Below, one piece after another: positions 59,714-64,000 of a stretch of 64,000 bases of DNA. The stretch spans positions 30,628,001 to 30,692,000 of the forward strand of contig CM119373.1 in assembly GCA_051294905.1 (NCBI GenBank), written 5' to 3'. Each line of letters begins with the position of its first letter. Positions within the stretch are counted from its first letter, which is position 1. The DNA is from Botryllus schlosseri (Eukaryota). The translations under genes were made by a program, and so were the position numbers. The notes below the pieces were generated by a model. The model had not been told where the DNA came from and ran no database searches. It worked only from the letters and a program-made list of their open reading frames with translations.

Positions 59714-60583
59714 CAGACTTGGACAACTAGAAAATTTTCGGTTTTTCCGAATTAGATTAGAATTAGAATTAGAGCTAGACAGCTTTTTTAAAATTAGATT
59801 AGAATTCGAATTACAGATAAACGATTTTCCAAATTAGATTAGAATTAGAATTAGAGGTACACACCTTTTTCCAAATTAGATTAGAATTAGAATTAGAGCT
59901 GTACAGTTTTTTCCAAATTAGATTAGAATCAGAATTACTGAATTTGCAAAAACTTGGAAATTGAATGAATTGTGAATGAGAAAGAAATACAGCAAAAAGT
60001 TCATATCAAATCACAGTGCATTTCCCTAACGATGAGAATGGTTGACGTCTGTGCAAAGCTTGGCTCGTTTTGCGCTATACCAGGGGTCACCAACACGCGG
60101 CCCGCGAGGTCATATTGCCTTGACGTGCAATGACCCAGACACTACCAAGACCGATACGCTTAGAAAACGGCCTGTGATAACTATCTCTTTCTCTTTACTG
60201 CTGTTCTGTTTGTGATCGAAACTAAAATGTTGTTCGCAGACAAGCTACTATGCCAGCATGGATATTATTCGTCGCACAATGACTACTATGACTGCATGGT
60301 GTAAGCAGGCCTACTGCGACAGCGGCTCGGCACTGGATTACACTATGCAAGAGGGATAATCTTTTTAACTCGCAGGAAAATGCCGCGGACAAAGAGGCAT
60401 TTTCAGGAAAACAATGAATTAGATTAGAATTAAAATTAGAGGATAGGAACATTTCACGAACTAGATTAGAATTAGAATTAGAGCATAGAAACATTTCACA
60501 AATTAGACTAGAATTAGATTACTGGCATTTCGCTCTAATTTAGTGAAATTAGACAACCAGAATTATCTAGTTGTCCAAGTCTG
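59714..60583. mobile_element. hAT-type MITE with (A)ATTAG subterminal arrays
   Basis: Perfect 18-bp TIR CAGACTTGGACAACTAGA; TSD CTTAGTCA / CTTATTCA. The empty site is visible in the paralogous blocks at ~55510 and ~62710. Confidence 0.92.
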
Positions 60584-62764
60584 CTTATTCAGGCATGGTA
60601 TGAGGAACAAGTGTCATCATCCTGGGTATCCTAGTTTGACGTGGACTATGTTGGCGACTTCTGTGTTGCAAACGCTGAAATGTGCTACCCGCTTACATGC
60701 TGTCGCGTCGTCAGGTGCATTGGAAAATTACTCTGATCAATCGCAGGTGAAACGTCTTTTCTCGTGCAGGCAGCAACGATTTCACGAACGCAGGGTTCTT
60801 TGTACTTGGGAAAAGCAATGACTCACGGAAGATTTAAATTGCTTTTCGCACATCCACGGAAGATGAATATATACTTGTCATTTGATGGGGGATGAAGCCC
60901 CCCGGAAGTTAGATGTATCACCCTATTGGGGGCCCAAGACCAAAGTTTGGGGGGCTGACGAAGTGCCGTCTCGGTCCTGTTTGCCGCAACATACAAAATG
61001 GCTGCGGCCTAAAATTTTTCGTTATAATTACTGATCTGTTGACTTGCAGTACGGCCCAGCTGCGTTCTAGGCTTTTGTAAGACGCCGTTTGCGCGGATAT
61101 TCACCTACACTTCGTGTGATACATATAAATGTGTTATTCATATAATAATTTAGCGGTAATGTTGTTATAGCATAGATGGTACATTGCCTGTAACGCCCTA
61201 TAAGACGAGCAAAAACTTGCTGAACGAATGTAATGTCGAGAAGATTCGGAAATAAGTATGAAGACATTTTCAAATGTCTAAACGTTGTGCATGGAGGAAA
61301 AACGAAGTCTAACTCCACGACGTACATGATGCAACGTGCTTGCTGCATCCATCATGATTTACCAGTACAGGTGCGTAGGGAGCTGACATTGTGCATATTT
61401 TTTTTTAGGGGTCTGGAGGAACCGCAGTAAACCTCCCCCCGTAACGCTTGCGACAAGTACTGTGAGGTTTCACCACAGTACCAAGCGTCACAAGCGCCGT
61501 AATTGGGCCCTTTTGTGTCGTAGGACACAAAAGCACCCATCTCGGTGGTTGCTACCTGTTTTACTACCAATTTATTTTGCATCTATTGGGGTTCAAACAG
61601 TTGGCACAGGCAGGTTTTAGAGGGGGCGTCTGCGGCCACTGATCCCTCCACCACCATGCTTGTGCCTGGTATAGTGGCCCGTCGATGCGGTACCCGATCC
61701 CGGGGTCGGAATATGAAGGCCTGGCGGCCATACCCTTCCTGGGTGCATGATACAGTGATTTGACAGTATTGGTTGTGCCGCTAGGGCTTCGCATCCCCCA
61801 GCGTCCAACAAAGGGATGCTTGCCGTAATACAACTAAATACTACAATGACAGTGTGCGTACATTATGCGGACAACCCGTCCTAAATTCGTAACGCATACT
61901 TTCAAACCCATACCAAGTATCATTAAATAGTATTTGTGGTGAGTTTGGAATATACTGGATTGATTTCATACTACTCACTAGCAAACAGGTTGTCAAATTA
62001 GTCAGTGCCTATACTCGCTCGCGAGAAGTAACACCGTCAAGCTCTCCCATTTGCGAGTAAGTAGCAAACTCCACGGCATGTCAAAACAATTTCAAGTAGG
62101 AGTCGAGAATGAAAATCTGAAAAGTTTTCAGGCAAGTAGGTTCAAAAAGCCTACATTTTGCATTGTGAAAGTTCTTTTCTGCGTTGCGAGAACGACTCAA
62201 CGCCGCATGTTACATGTTTACTTCAGTATAATCGATGCGAAAATGAGATCTGTATCCAGTCTGATATACTTTACCGAGAAGAGCTCACATGACACTGGCG
62301 GGAGACCGTTTCTGATAAAATCACAAAAATAATCGAAATACTCTCATAAGAATATGGGATCTAATTGATCGTATTCTCTCTCGCGGTGGCCACCTATTTT
62401 CTACTTGTCTCATTCCATATTTACATTTGGTCACTTCTATCGTTACTCATCTGTGCAATGTAATGTGTTTTGTCAGTATTTCGTGATGGCTCAAATCACA
62501 TGCTTCTCTATGATCACTCAAGTAAGTTTTCGCATAAATGTGAATTCGATATCTTCCTATATCATTTCGATGGACAGAAGTGTGGGCAATACGTACTGAG
62601 CGATCACGATCAGCTATTATGGAAAACTGATTTCTGTTATTATAGTTGGCAAACTTATAGGGTGTTTAATGAGCTATTTTCCGATGGTAGAATTACATGT
62701 CGTTATCTGATCTCAATCAGGTATGGTACGTGGAAGAAGTGTCATCATCCTAGAACCTAGGGCA

Positions 62765-62830
62765 GCGGTTCTCAACCGGGGGTCCGCGGACCCCTAGGGG
62801 TCCGCGAAGCAATTTCAGGGGGTCCGCGAG
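62765..62830. mobile_element. Left end of a hAT-Charlie-like MITE that truncates the third block copy
   Basis: CAGCGGTTCTCAACCGGGGGTCCGCGGACCCC; the other end was not identified. Confidence 0.6.
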
Positions 62831-64000
62831 ACCACTAAATTTTTAAAATGGTTGATAACCTAATTTTTATTTTATTTTTTAATTTGAGAAAGCATGAGGC
62901 AGTTTCGCACCACAACTGCTAAAACCTCATGACTCATATCATCATAATAATCGTCTGACATGAACTATCGTAGTGTGGAAATTCAGTTTCATTGCCAATT
63001 TTCCAATAACCTGCTGATAAAAACATATTGCTGTTTAGAGACGTTTTGTTGGGATCCGTGAAAAAAATAAAAATACGGAGATAGTAACGTCAATCAGGGT
63101 GACGTCGTAATGTCTGCGAAACCTTCTCGATTTGAAGTTGTCAGTCTCATCAAATTAGTGAACAGTCGTTTGAAATGAAAATTTCCGAAGTGTTTCCCTA
63201 ATTTGTCCCAATGCAGGGATTGAAACCTCGCCACACGAAATCCATTTTATCCTGTGATATACATAACCACTATTTGAACAGTTTCTTGGAGGTACAGAAC
63301 TTCAATATACAATTGAATAGTATATTCATATTGAAATGAACCCGACTGTTGTCGGCTGACACTCGTGATAAATCGGACAATGATATACCTGGTCTTAAAG
63401 CTCGGCTATCAATCAGATTTGGCGCATTCTTATTGCGGATGCGCTATCGACAAGGCTGTTTTTTGATGAACAAGGAGTGTTTCGTTGCTATCAAAGCATT
63501 ACGTCCCAACCCTGAAATTCATATCACCAGTTATATTGGTATGCAGCCTTGTCTTGTTAATGTTCAATTGTTCATGGTCGAAAATGTTTGCTCGTCAATA
63601 TATATGTAAACCCGCACAGAACAAGTCGTTTCGTAACAGTCTTTCTAAGGTTGGAAAACTGGGATCCATTCTTTGGCGAATAAAATTTGTCTATACTTTT
63701 AGATTAGGATTTCACTTTGACGGTAGAAACTCTCTGCTGGCCGATCAAAATGCCGTCGCGGGCTGAATCCGGCTCGCGGTCCGTATGTTGCCCGTCCCTG
63801 CGCTAGATGCTGGGCGTGATATGTTCTTAAAATATATGTTGCCTCATTTTGGTGCCATAAATGTTGCGATCACACCAAAAGTATCGTCGGAAGCGTTATG
63901 CGTTGATATTGAATTAGCCTCCATCTATATTTGCGGAAATGGTTTTCGGCACTCCTCGTTCATATCAAAACGAAGACGCGGGTTTCCAAGACACGACCAC

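Larger units (their letters stand above)
54880..62760 (+). repeat. Three direct copies of a ~0.9-kb block (54880-55734; ~58960-60853 split by a MITE; ~62050-62760)
   Basis: Shared gttgcgagaacgact..gtatccag..gagaaga(c/g)ctcacatgac..gtgggcaa..gttatctgatct. Confidence 0.85.

Noticed and set aside
59750-60545. Telomeric repeat or CRISPR array
   Set aside because: It is the subterminal repeat of a TIR/TSD-bounded MITE; not TTAGGG, and no spacers.
60950-60990. Hammerhead ribozyme core (CTGACGA; similar at ~26605)
   Set aside because: No properly placed GAAA or stems II/III were found by eye.

Overview
Eukaryotic (animal) genomic DNA, about 40% GC, with GT-AG introns and dense transposon debris. 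No prokaryotic features, CRISPR array, rRNA or true tRNA were found. The lectin type and repeat families suggest an invertebrate chordate such as an ascidian; this is inference only. Layout: (1) 1-3896 is the 5' part of a decayed Gypsy LTR retrotransposon on the minus strand, with LTR, tRNA-Leu PBS and gag-pro-RT-RNaseH-integrase carrying 6 lesions. (2) 9.5-37.6 kb holds three intronless CD20/MS4A-like four-transmembrane genes (760, 225 and 543 aa). They share a TM core but have unrelated Tyr-motif-rich tails; one has an ITAM-like pair and one has ITIM/ITSM-like motifs. (3) 40.2-54.8 kb is a mirror-image duplication, EF-hand(+) CTL(-) | loop | CTL(+) EF-hand(-). The left EF-hand gene is intact and the right one has a 768-bp deletion. 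The left C-type lectin has a nonsense codon, while the right lectin domain is intact but has no leader exon; the only signal-peptide exon sits in the loop. (4) 54.8-64 kb contains a triplicated ~0.9-kb block with possible degenerate lectin exons. Scattered throughout are many hAT-type MITEs with 8-bp TSDs (two triple-nested stacks and a 46-bp perfect-palindrome mini-element), a tRNA-Gly-like SINE family, CR1/L2-like LINE 3' ends and two Chapaev3-like transposon remnants. All family assignments come from motif recognition by eye; no searches were run.
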